Shown here piece by piece: positions 10,741 to 19,393 of a DNA stretch of 64,000 bases. Below the pieces are notes generated by a model that saw nothing but the letters and a program-made list of their open reading frames with translations, had not been told where the DNA came from and searched no databases. The stretch covers positions 6,955 through 70,954 of the forward strand of contig JAGGUL010000031.1 of the NCBI GenBank assembly GCA_021158525.1, in the 5' to 3' direction. The translations under genes and the position numbers were made by a program. Each line of letters begins with the position of its first letter. Position 1 is the first letter of the stretch. Source of the DNA: Candidatus Hydrothermota bacterium. Lineage in GTDB: Bacteria; Hydrothermota; Hydrothermia; B15-G9; DRBW01.

Positions 10741-13700
10741 ATGATGGACACAACTGGAAAATTCACGAGCGCTGCCCTGCTCGATGATCTGACGGGGCTC
10801 TATAACAGGAGGTACTTCTACCTGCGCCTCGATGAGGAGATAAAGAGGTCCAGCAGGTATGGAAGGCCCTTCTGCCTTCTCCTGATGGATCTCGATAACT
10901 TCAAGCTCATAAATGACTCCTTCGGGCACCTCAGGGGCGACAGGGTGCTGGCGGAGTTCGCGAGGCTACTCAGGGAATCCGTGAGGGAAACCGACATAGC
11001 CTGCCGCTATGGGGGCGACGAGTTCGCACTGATTCTCCCCGAGACCGACAGAAAATCCTCGCTGAAAGTTGCCAATAAAATAATGGAAGCACTGAAGAAA
11101 ACCTATTTCGGGGATGATATGCCCCTGAGACTGTCCATCTCTATCGGGATCTCCTCATATCCTGAAGACGGAAACACACCCGAAGAGCTCTTCAACGCGT
11201 CGGACCACGCTCTCTATTTTGCAAAAAGAGAAGGCGGGAACAGAGTAAAGTTCGTGGAGAAAAGAGAGATGCCCGCACAGGAGACGGGCCTGTATCTCTC
11301 GCCGAAGTTCACCGGAAGAGATGACGAACTGGAGTCCCTGAAAAAGTTCTTCGTCAAAGCCCTTCAGAGAAAGACAACAACGGTGGTGATATCGGGCGAG
11401 GCCGGCGTCGGAAAAACGCGCCTTGCCAGAGAATTCCTGAAAGTCGCGAGCCTCCTGGGTGCCGAGATTCTGAAGGGGAAATGCTACGATTTCACGAAGG
11501 ACATCCCCTATCAGCCCATCAAGGAGGCTCTCGCCACTTTTTCAGAGATAGATCCCCTCGAGATCTACAGCATCATCGAGGAGATGCCCGTTCTGATACG
11601 TTCTGAGGTGCTCAAGATTTTGCCTTTTCTTGACATAACCAGGCTGAAGCTCTCCTCGGAACAGATAAAAACGGGCAGAGAGCCCGACGACAAGTGGAGG
11701 CTCTTCGGAGGTATAAAGGAACTCTTCGAGGGGCTCGAGCGGAAGAGGCCTCTCGTCCTCTTCTTCGATGACATCCACTGGGCCGACGAGGCGAGCCTCG
11801 AGCTCATCTCATTCCTAGCACGAAGCATCGAAAACAAGAGGATTCTCTTCCTGCTCGCCTTCAGAGAGGGCGAGAGGGAGAAAAACCCTCTCAGGAGCTT
11901 CCTCAACAGCTTCACCAAGGAGAACAACTACCACGAGATTCACCTCACGAGGCTCAAGGAGGAAGATGTCTCCAGGATGCTCAAGAGCATCCTGGGATTC
12001 AACGCTCCCGCCGAGCTCGTGAATTATCTCTACACCGAAACCGAGGGCAATCCCTTCTTCATCGTGGAGTATGTCCGCAGGATGGCTGACGAGGGGACCA
12101 TCTCTGAGATCAAAAAGGGATCTTTCCAGGTCGAAACCATAAAGAAAACAATCCCTCCTGGCATCAAGGACATAATCCTGGCTCGTATAGCACCCTTACG
12201 AGACATAACCAAGAGGATCCTGAGGATAGCTTCCGTTATCGGCGAGGAAATAGATTTTAACGTCCTCCTGGCGGTCTCCGGGATAAACGAGGGGTTCCTC
12301 TTTGATGTGCTCGACGAGCTTTTAAAATTGAAAATACTCCGCGAGGACCTCAGACTCGGCACCGAGGTATATAGCTTTACCCACGGCAAAATTCGAGATG
12401 TCGTGTATGAGGATATGCCCCATTCCCTCAGAAAGACATTGCACAGGAAAATAGGAAATACCCTGGAAGAGATGAGCCCCGATGCCGAACAGATCGCGGA
12501 GGAGCTGGCGCACCACTTTCTGCAGGCCAGAGAAGAGGAGAAGGCACTGAAATACCTCATGATGTCAGCAAGAAAGGCGGAAAAACTTTACGCTTTCGAA
12601 AACGCTCTCTCTCACTATGAGAAAGCTCTCACCCTCATTCCTCCCTCAAGAAAGGAGCGCCTTGATATCTACATGAGCATGATTCCCCTGCTCCACGTCC
12701 TCGGCAAGAGGAAGAGGGAAAAGTTCATTCTGGAGAAGGCCTTTGCCCTCGCCGACGAGAAAGACGAGCGCTATCGCGAGTTGCTCAGGCACCGAATCAA
12801 GTACCTGATCTCCCTTTCCAGCTATCACGAAGCAAAAGAACTGTGCGAAAGCCTTCTCAACCTGGAAAAGCGCGCAGGAAAGAGCCCCGAGTACGCGGAG
12901 ACCCTCATGCTTCTCGGGAAGGTCCACTACCTTCAGGCTTACTACGACACAGCCCTGAAAGCTTTCGAGGAGGCCGCTGAGATATGGAAAGAGCTGGGAG
13001 ACAACTCGAGCTACGCAAAAACTTTAACACAGACAGCGAGGATACTGAACAAGCGCGGGCAATCGAGAAAATCCACAGAATACCTCAGCAGGGCCTTCGA
13101 GGTTCTCCAGAGGGCCGGGGACAGAAGAGGAATGGCCGAGATTTACTGCGAACAGGGCATTATTCACCTCGATCTGTCGGAGTTCGGGAAGTCCAGGGAG
13201 TTCTTCCAGAAAGCCCATGAACTTTACACTGAGGTCGGCGACAAGGAAGGAGAGGCAAGGGCCCTTCACCTTGAAGGCAATTCGATCCTGAGCGTTTCCG
13301 ATTACGAAGAAGCCCTCTCGAAGTTCGAGAGGGCTCTGGAGATAAGAAAAGCAATAGATGACAAGAGGGGCATGGCAGCGTCCCTCGCCAACATGGGACT
13401 CATATACCAGAGCACAGGGAACAACGAAAAGGCCATAGAGTATTACCGCTCTGCGGCTGCTATAGCGGAGGAGATCGGCGACAGGGATAGCCTGCAGGTG
13501 ATCCTCAACAACATGGGCACGATATACCTGGATGAGTCCAACCTCGGGGAAGCCCGAAAGAGCCTGAACAAGGCCCTCAAGATCGCCCGCGAGATCAAGG
13601 ACAGATCAATGGAATCCACAGTACTGATAAACCTGGGCAACATCGCCTGGCAAAAGGGGAAACTTGACGAGGCCGAAAAGGCTTTTCTCGATGCCCTCAA

Positions 13701-14493
13701 GGTCAAATCCGGCCTTCACGACAGGGAATCCGTGGGACTGATAAACACAAATCTTTCCATTCTCTATCTGGAAAAGGGCAAATTCAAAGAGAGCCTCTCC
13801 CGTATAAAGAGGTCTATAAAAATGCAGAAAGAAATAGGCAGCAAGAGCAGCTATGTAACGGCTCTCTTCACCTATTACCAGGTCCTGAAAGAAATGGGAA
13901 AATACAGGCTTGCCGCCAGCAAGGTGTCTGAGGCCTTGCGGATCTCGAAGGAAATAGGAGCTCTGGAGGAAGAAGCCCTCGGCTATATATTCGCCGCAGA
14001 GGCCAATCTCTACCTCGGGAACACCGATGTGACCAGGGAATACTTGCAGGAAGCCGAAAAGCATGCTGAGGCGCTGAAGAACCCCGTCATCCTCGTGTCG
14101 CTCTATGAGACAAAAAGTCACTTTTACCGGGAATTGAAGAGGACGGAGAGGGCGCTCAATGAGATCAAAAAGGCGTTCAAACTGGCGAGGAAATATGAGC
14201 TCGCCACCGACATCCCCTATATTCTGAAGTCGATGGCCGAGATCGAATACCTGGCCGGCGATAGGGAAAAGGCAAGCGTCCACCTGAAGAAATGCATGGA
14301 TCTATGCGAGAAGTTCGGGATGTACTACCTGCTGTTGAAATGTCTGGCTTTTGCCCAGGAAACCGATCTCTTCCCCGAGAAGGCAGAGGAAATCAGGAAC
14401 AAAATCGAATCATTGTCTGAAGATATTCTGAAAGGGCTCTCGGAGAAGGACAAGGAAAATATACTCCGCACAATGGTCCCCGCTACTCTTTGA
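10741..14493 (+). CDS. GGDEF diguanylate cyclase fused to a STAND (AAA_16-type) NTPase and TPR repeats
   Basis: 1250 aa. The N-terminal GGDEF domain has an intact RYGGDEFAL active site. Walker A is VVISGEAGVGKTRLAREF and Walker B is LVLFFDDIHWADEASLE. After that there are roughly 600 aa of TPR-like helical repeats. Confidence 0.8.
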   Translation: MMDTTGKFTSAALLDDLTGLYNRRYFYLRLDEEIKRSSRYGRPFCLLLMDLDNFKLINDSFGHLRGDRVLAEFARLLRESVRETDIACRYGGDEFALILPETDRKSSLKVANKIMEALKKTYFGDDMPLRLSISIGISSYPEDGNTPEELFNASDHALYFAKREGGNRVKFVEKREMPAQETGLYLSPKFTGRDDELESLKKFFVKALQRKTTTVVISGEAGVGKTRLAREFLKVASLLGAEILKGKCYDFTKDIPYQPIKEALATFSEIDPLEIYSIIEEMPVLIRSEVLKILPFLDITRLKLSSEQIKTGREPDDKWRLFGGIKELFEGLERKRPLVLFFDDIHWADEASLELISFLARSIENKRILFLLAFREGEREKNPLRSFLNSFTKENNYHEIHLTRLKEEDVSRMLKSILGFNAPAELVNYLYTETEGNPFFIVEYVRRMADEGTISEIKKGSFQVETIKKTIPPGIKDIILARIAPLRDITKRILRIASVIGEEIDFNVLLAVSGINEGFLFDVLDELLKLKILREDLRLGTEVYSFTHGKIRDVVYEDMPHSLRKTLHRKIGNTLEEMSPDAEQIAEELAHHFLQAREEEKALKYLMMSARKAEKLYAFENALSHYEKALTLIPPSRKERLDIYMSMIPLLHVLGKRKREKFILEKAFALADEKDERYRELLRHRIKYLISLSSYHEAKELCESLLNLEKRAGKSPEYAETLMLLGKVHYLQAYYDTALKAFEEAAEIWKELGDNSSYAKTLTQTARILNKRGQSRKSTEYLSRAFEVLQRAGDRRGMAEIYCEQGIIHLDLSEFGKSREFFQKAHELYTEVGDKEGEARALHLEGNSILSVSDYEEALSKFERALEIRKAIDDKRGMAASLANMGLIYQSTGNNEKAIEYYRSAAAIAEEIGDRDSLQVILNNMGTIYLDESNLGEARKSLNKALKIAREIKDRSMESTVLINLGNIAWQKGKLDEAEKAFLDALKVKSGLHDRESVGLINTNLSILYLEKGKFKESLSRIKRSIKMQKEIGSKSSYVTALFTYYQVLKEMGKYRLAASKVSEALRISKEIGALEEEALGYIFAAEANLYLGNTDVTREYLQEAEKHAEALKNPVILVSLYETKSHFYRELKRTERALNEIKKAFKLARKYELATDIPYILKSMAEIEYLAGDREKASVHLKKCMDLCEKFGMYYLLLKCLAFAQETDLFPEKAEEIRNKIESLSEDILKGLSEKDKENILRTMVPATL

Positions 14494-14551
14494 TTTTGCA
14501 AGATACTTTTGCAAAATAAAAGACTCCCCTACCCCTCAAGACCTCCAACTT

Positions 14552-16228
14552 GTGGCATATATTTTGCATATCAGATCAGTGATGAGGGGCACCGATATTC
14601 ACCATAAGAGAGGATACCTGATGGCGATACTTATCGTGGCGGGTTCTCTCAACGCTGGGTTCAAGAGATTACCGGCGGATTTCCTGTTAAAGAAAAGGGG
14701 GTCAGGATTTAGCCAGCAGAAGGGAGAAGTCGCGCCTTTCGGGGGCTTTGGCTTCTTCGAGGCGCCGGAGAGAAATATGGCGGTGGGTTCTGGCGACGGA
14801 GAGCTCCTGGCGATCATCTTCAGCTCCCCATCGGGTGACACGCTCAATCCCCTCGGCGGAGTAGCGGTCGCTTACAGTACTGACGGAGGACATAGCTGGA
14901 CTAACCGCATTCTCTCGGATCATATGCTCTACAGAGCTTTCTCCGGGACATTCTGGGGCCCGGGCGGCGATCCCTGTTTCGCCTGGCAGGAAACCGCTCT
15001 CAGCGGGGACAGCCTCACTACGATTCTTTATTTCGCCGAGGATACCTCTTTCCCGGAGGGAAATCTCGCGATTCAGTCCCTGCCGGGGTCTGACATAACC
15101 GAGCCATGGATGCCATCCCTCTCAGTGAGGGATTCCGTCGTCCTGATCACAGCAGTTAACCTGACTGAAAACCGTTTTTCCTACATCTGGAGATCCATTG
15201 ACGGGGGCGCCTCCTTCATCATGGATACGCTCATGACCCCTGGAAACTATGGGGACCTCGGAAACTGGCAGGATCCACCCATAATAGCATTCGGGAGGGA
15301 TGGATTCGTAGCCTGCATCAACAACCTGAAGGTCCAATATGGCGATTACCAGGCAGTAACTCCCTTCTACACGGAATCTACCGATTGGGGTGAAACCTGG
15401 ACGGAGCCATTGAATCTCTGGGATGTAACCGGTGGAATTCCCTACGACTCGGCAGGGGGATGGTGGTATGGGTACAGCCTGGTGGTTGACACTGACAACA
15501 TTCCCCATGCTGTATGGAGATTCGCAAAGGGCGATAACGAATTCGGGGACATATGGGAATTCCACCCCACGGGAGGCGCTCCCGGAAACTGGTCCGGCTG
15601 GACCAGATCCCTGGTGGTAGGAGAGGGCGATGGAACGGAGACGGCAAGCTTCCCGCAGATATCCCTCGATCCGATAACAGACAACCTCGTTGTGACTTAT
15701 CTGAAGCTCGACGCGGCTTCACGCACGGATCCCCTGCTCTACTATGCCGTCTCCGAAGATGGGGCTCAGTGGTATGAAAGGGGACCGCTCAGTGTGGAGG
15801 CCCCCGTCTGGTTCGAGACCGGCATCGTCTCCCCCTATCTGCCTCTCATGGGACCTGTCGCAGAGGGAAATCTGGCTTATGTTTCTGCTGCCGGCGGATT
15901 GCTACATCACTCCTGGTACATCGATTACAGTCCAATGTCTGCGAAAGAGTTGGCGGGTATGCCGAGTCGTAATCAATTCAATGTTGAAATACTGGGAAAA
16001 GGGATCTTCGCCTTCTCTTTCAATCTAAAGGAGGCTGACTATATTGACATCATGCTTTATAATATAAGCGGTCGGTATGTGAGGACCCTGGGATCGGGGT
16101 TATTTGAAAGGGGCGTGCATAGACTCATCTGGGAAGGGGATTGCGGGATAAGTGCAGGAGTTTACATAGCGGTTCTCAGAGGTCGTAAAATCGGATTTAT
16201 ACCTTTGAAATTGATCCTCCCCCTATAG
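14552..16228 (+). CDS. Secreted BNR/Asp-box beta-propeller protein with a FlgD-Ig/T9SS-like C-terminal domain
   Basis: Asp-box motifs are STDGGHSWTN, SIDGGASF and STDWGETWTEP. The C-terminal ~80 aa (ILGKGIFAFSFNLKEADYIDIMLYNISGRYVRTLG...GVYIAVLRG) match the same sorting-domain pattern seen in two other proteins here. The true start is probably an internal Met that precedes the signal peptide. Confidence 0.6.
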   Translation: MAYILHIRSVMRGTDIHHKRGYLMAILIVAGSLNAGFKRLPADFLLKKRGSGFSQQKGEVAPFGGFGFFEAPERNMAVGSGDGELLAIIFSSPSGDTLNPLGGVAVAYSTDGGHSWTNRILSDHMLYRAFSGTFWGPGGDPCFAWQETALSGDSLTTILYFAEDTSFPEGNLAIQSLPGSDITEPWMPSLSVRDSVVLITAVNLTENRFSYIWRSIDGGASFIMDTLMTPGNYGDLGNWQDPPIIAFGRDGFVACINNLKVQYGDYQAVTPFYTESTDWGETWTEPLNLWDVTGGIPYDSAGGWWYGYSLVVDTDNIPHAVWRFAKGDNEFGDIWEFHPTGGAPGNWSGWTRSLVVGEGDGTETASFPQISLDPITDNLVVTYLKLDAASRTDPLLYYAVSEDGAQWYERGPLSVEAPVWFETGIVSPYLPLMGPVAEGNLAYVSAAGGLLHHSWYIDYSPMSAKELAGMPSRNQFNVEILGKGIFAFSFNLKEADYIDIMLYNISGRYVRTLGSGLFERGVHRLIWEGDCGISAGVYIAVLRGRKIGFIPLKLILPL

Positions 16229-16267
16229 CCGGTCTTTGCACACGCTCCACCCCCCTCACAGCCCGGT

Positions 16268-16305
16268 AGCCAGCCCTTCGGGGCTGGCTGCCATTTTATT
16301 ATGCC
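16268..16305 (+). terminator. Rho-independent terminator downstream of the BNR-propeller gene
   Basis: GC hairpin ggtagccagccc-ttcg-gggctggctgcc followed by attttatt. Confidence 0.5.
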
Positions 16306-16401
16306 TTCGACGAACCCTCCGCTGACGAGGCGATCAATGCCTTCCTCGCTGAAATTTTTCGGTTAATGCAAAGTGGCTCTGGATAGGTGGGATTAAAACA
16401 T

Positions 16402-17643
16402 CTAATCGGGGAATATCTTGCCGGGATTCATTATCCCAAGCGGATCGAAGGTCTTTTTCAATGCTTTTTGAAGCTCGATAAGCAACGGTTCCTGTTCGAG
16501 ATGGATGAAATCCTTTTTCAGAATGCCCACGCCGTGTTCCCCCGAGATCGTTCCGTCAAGATCGAGGGCGATCTTGTAAAGTTCGCCCACAGCCTTCAGC
16601 ACTTCTCCCTCCCTATCGCCAGAATAAAGAAAATTGACGTGGAGATTGCCGTCGCCAGCGTGCCCGAAGGTGGCGACGCCGATTCCAAGGCCCGATGCGA
16701 GCTCGCGGATCCTCCTGACGGCTTCGGGGATGTAGCTTCTCGGAACAACTATGTCTTCTGACCTGACCCTCTCGTACTTCTCCTCCAGGCTCGGAAAAAC
16801 CTTCCGCCTCGCATCCCACAGCCTGGCGCGATCCTTCTCGTCCCTCGAGGCGTAAATCTCAAGGGCGCCGTTCTTCTCGCAGATCCCGGCTATCTCCTCC
16901 AGCTCATCAAAGAGATCTCCTCTCCCATCGACTTCAATGAGAAGGAGGGCTTGAGTCCCATCGGGGAGGCTTCCGGGAAGTCTCTCGGCGATGTGAGCCA
17001 CAGATACCCTGTCGAGAAACTCGAGGGCGCGGGGCAGATATCTCCTCCTGATAAGTTCCGTCACCGTCTCCGAGGCTTTGAGCTCGTCGGGGAAGGCAAC
17101 GAGCAGTGTCTCGATCTGAGGTGGATCGGGGATCAGCCTCAACACGGCCTCGGTCAGCACTCCCAATGTGCCCTCAGAGCCCACAAAGGCAGAGACAAGG
17201 TCATAGCCGACGACCCACTTCTTTGTTCTCCTGCCGAACCTGACGACGCGTCCCCCTGGCAGCACCACCTGAAGCTCGAGGGTGTAATGTTTTGTTACAC
17301 CGTACTTGAGGGCTCTCGGGCCACCGGCATTCGTGGCGATGTTTCCGCCTATCATACAGCTGTCTATGCTGGCGGGATCAGGAGGGTAAAAGAGCCCAAC
17401 ATTCCGGACCTCGCGGTCGAGATCGCCCGTGATCACCCCGGGCTCGACCCTCACGTGGAGGTTCTCCGTGTCAATATCCAGGATTCGGTTCATCCTGTCA
17501 AAGACCAGGACGATGCCTCCGAGAAAGGGAACGCACCCGCCGGCAACTCCGGTCCCAGCACCCCGGGGAACCACTGGTATCCTGAACTTTTCTGCGAGAG
17601 AAAGTGCCCTGACCACGTCTTCCAGCCCCTCAGGATGAATCAC
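16402..17643 (-). CDS. FAD-linked oxidase (GlcD / D-lactate dehydrogenase family). The ORF as called begins at a GTG. The conserved N-terminus continues upstream to the ATG at 17772 but is cut by an in-frame TAG at 17665..17667.
   Basis: It has an FAD-binding PCMH domain (PVVPRGAGTGVAGG) and a C-terminal GlcD-type domain (GEHGVGILK). The 35 codons upstream in the same frame (MKGEIIRIFKEEIGENKVFDDEDHRRSYSADESGI*GEYLPDLVIHP) align with GlcD N-termini across the stop codon. Confidence 0.75.
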   Translation of the reverse strand: MIHPEGLEDVVRALSLAEKFRIPVVPRGAGTGVAGGCVPFLGGIVLVFDRMNRILDIDTENLHVRVEPGVITGDLDREVRNVGLFYPPDPASIDSCMIGGNIATNAGGPRALKYGVTKHYTLELQVVLPGGRVVRFGRRTKKWVVGYDLVSAFVGSEGTLGVLTEAVLRLIPDPPQIETLLVAFPDELKASETVTELIRRRYLPRALEFLDRVSVAHIAERLPGSLPDGTQALLLIEVDGRGDLFDELEEIAGICEKNGALEIYASRDEKDRARLWDARRKVFPSLEEKYERVRSEDIVVPRSYIPEAVRRIRELASGLGIGVATFGHAGDGNLHVNFLYSGDREGEVLKAVGELYKIALDLDGTISGEHGVGILKKDFIHLEQEPLLIELQKALKKTFDPLGIMNPGKIFPD

Positions 17644-17783
17644 AAGGTCAGGGAGGTATTCACCCTATATGCCCGACTCGTCAGCAGAATAAGACCTCCT
17701 GTGGTCTTCGTCGTCGAAAACTTTATTCTCGCCGATCTCCTCTTTAAAAATCCTGATGATCTCGCCCTTCATATCGCCGGCCT

Positions 17784-18752
17784 TTAGGATACATTTACGT
17801 TTCTGGCCCACTCCCTGTTATCAAGATACCATTCTACTGCCTTTCTCACGCCTTCCTCAATGGGCACTTCCGGCGTCCATCCGAGAAGCACATGGGCCTT
17901 TCCTATATCGGCCATTGTTCTGGGGACATCGGCGGGATGGGGCGGGAAATACTCGATCCCGGCCTTCTTGCCGAGATATTCCTCTATGAGGCCGATCACG
18001 TAATTGAGCTTTACAGGCCTGTTGTTCCCGAGATTTACAACCTCGTATCCCAACGGCCTGAGGCCGGCGATCGTGCCCCTCGCTATGTCGTCCACATAGG
18101 TGAAATCCCTCTCCTGATTGCCGTCGCCGAAGACGGGTATGGGTTCTCCCTCTGCGATGAGCTTTATGAACTTGAATATGCTCATATCGGGACGCCCGGC
18201 CGGACCGTAGACGGTGAAGTACCTGAAAACCGTCACATCGATGCCGTAAAGGTGGTGATATGAAAAGGTCAATGCCTCGGCCCCCTTTTTCGAAGCCGCA
18301 TAGACCGACAACGGGGTGTCGGTTACCATCGACTCGCTGAAGGGAGGTGAATTAAGCCCATATATGCTTGAGGTCGAGGCCAGTACGAACTTCTTCACCC
18401 CGTGATCCTTCGAGAGCTCCAGGAGGTTCAGGGTGCCCACGGTGTTGGTCTCGACATAAACCCAGGGGTTCTTCACGCTCGCCCTCACCCCCGCGCGGGC
18501 GGCGAGGTTTATGACCGCATCGAACTTCTCCGTCTCGAAAATTTCCTTCATCGCCCGAAAATCCACTATGTCGGCCTTGAGGAAACGGAATCGGTTGAGT
18601 TCCCTCAATTTCGCGAGCCTCCATTCTTTAAGCTTCACGTCATAGGCATCGTTGAGGTTGTCGACACCGAGAACTTCGTCGCCCCTTTCTGCAAGCATCT
18701 CGGCCACTTTATGTCCGATAAATCCCGCTGCCCCTGTGAGTAAAACCCTCAT
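17784..18752 (-). CDS. NAD-dependent nucleotide-sugar epimerase (UDP-glucuronate/UDP-GlcNAc 4-epimerase-like)
   Basis: 322 aa with a Rossmann motif (LLTGAAGFIGHKV) and a YxxxK catalytic motif (YAASKKGAE) of the extended SDR family. It is the first gene of the polysaccharide locus. Confidence 0.75.
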   Translation of the reverse strand: MRVLLTGAAGFIGHKVAEMLAERGDEVLGVDNLNDAYDVKLKEWRLAKLRELNRFRFLKADIVDFRAMKEIFETEKFDAVINLAARAGVRASVKNPWVYVETNTVGTLNLLELSKDHGVKKFVLASTSSIYGLNSPPFSESMVTDTPLSVYAASKKGAEALTFSYHHLYGIDVTVFRYFTVYGPAGRPDMSIFKFIKLIAEGEPIPVFGDGNQERDFTYVDDIARGTIAGLRPLGYEVVNLGNNRPVKLNYVIGLIEEYLGKKAGIEYFPPHPADVPRTMADIGKAHVLLGWTPEVPIEEGVRKAVEWYLDNREWARNVNVS

Positions 18753-19393
18753 GTCTCGACTCCTTTATAGTTAATAACCTTGATATTTCTCTTTTTCCCT
18801 TTTCTCTCGACCTTGTAAGCTATGTCGGCTACTGAAAAAAGAGGAACATCTGAAGAATTATCACTAAATACTTCAATAAAGTAATTATCTCCATTTCCTA
18901 TAAGTCTATGTAGTCTCAGAACTTTAATTTTCCCTCTGCATTCCTCACCAATTTTCCCCGTGAAATATTCACCCCTAATCGTCGCATGTGTGCCAAGTAC
19001 CTCTGCTGATATACCCAGAAACTCGCAAAACTCTTCAACCACAAATGCAAAAGAAGCTGAATTTATTATAACTCTATTTCTTTCCTTTAGATTCTTGTAA
19101 AAAATTGATAGGATTTCGGGATCTACAAATGCAGAAAATTTCGTATGCCAAAATCGCGACGTTAGACGTTTCACTTGGTTTAATCTTCTGCCCCTTAAGA
19201 AAAAAAAAGCAAAAAGTTTTTTTAATGCAAATGTACTCAACAAATTTACCTTATACATAAGAAAGAAAAGCAAAAAGGGCAGTAGTAGATAATGACGCCA
19301 CATTCTCGTAGCAAAGAAGAAAACCAATGGCAAAAAACTATCTCTTTTTGTGATGGTTCCATCAAAATCAAAAACTATTAATTTGTCTTTCAA
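18749..19393 (-). CDS. HAD-superfamily hydrolase (subfamily IB-like) with a hydrophobic segment
   Basis: DxD motif LIVFDFDGTITKRD. The coding sequence is AT-rich, unlike its neighbours. Confidence 0.5.
   Translation of the reverse strand: MKDKLIVFDFDGTITKRDSFLPLVFFFATRMWRHYLLLPFLLFFLMYKVNLLSTFALKKLFAFFFLRGRRLNQVKRLTSRFWHTKFSAFVDPEILSIFYKNLKERNRVIINSASFAFVVEEFCEFLGISAEVLGTHATIRGEYFTGKIGEECRGKIKVLRLHRLIGNGDNYFIEVFSDNSSDVPLFSVADIAYKVERKGKKRNIKVINYKGVET

Noticed and set aside
14492-14516. Sigma54 promoter (TGGCAC-N5-TTGCA), suggested by the tandem TTGCA pentamers
   Set aside because: The upstream element reads TTTGCA rather than TGGCAC: the GG of the -24 box is absent. The same applies to the TTGCA repeats at 62140..62175.
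17665-17667. Genome-wide reassignment of TAG, that is, an alternative genetic code
   Set aside because: Other genes in the window terminate at TAG, for example the V-ATPase E gene at 201..203. The long ORFs are not otherwise broken by in-frame TAGs. The event is confined to this one codon.
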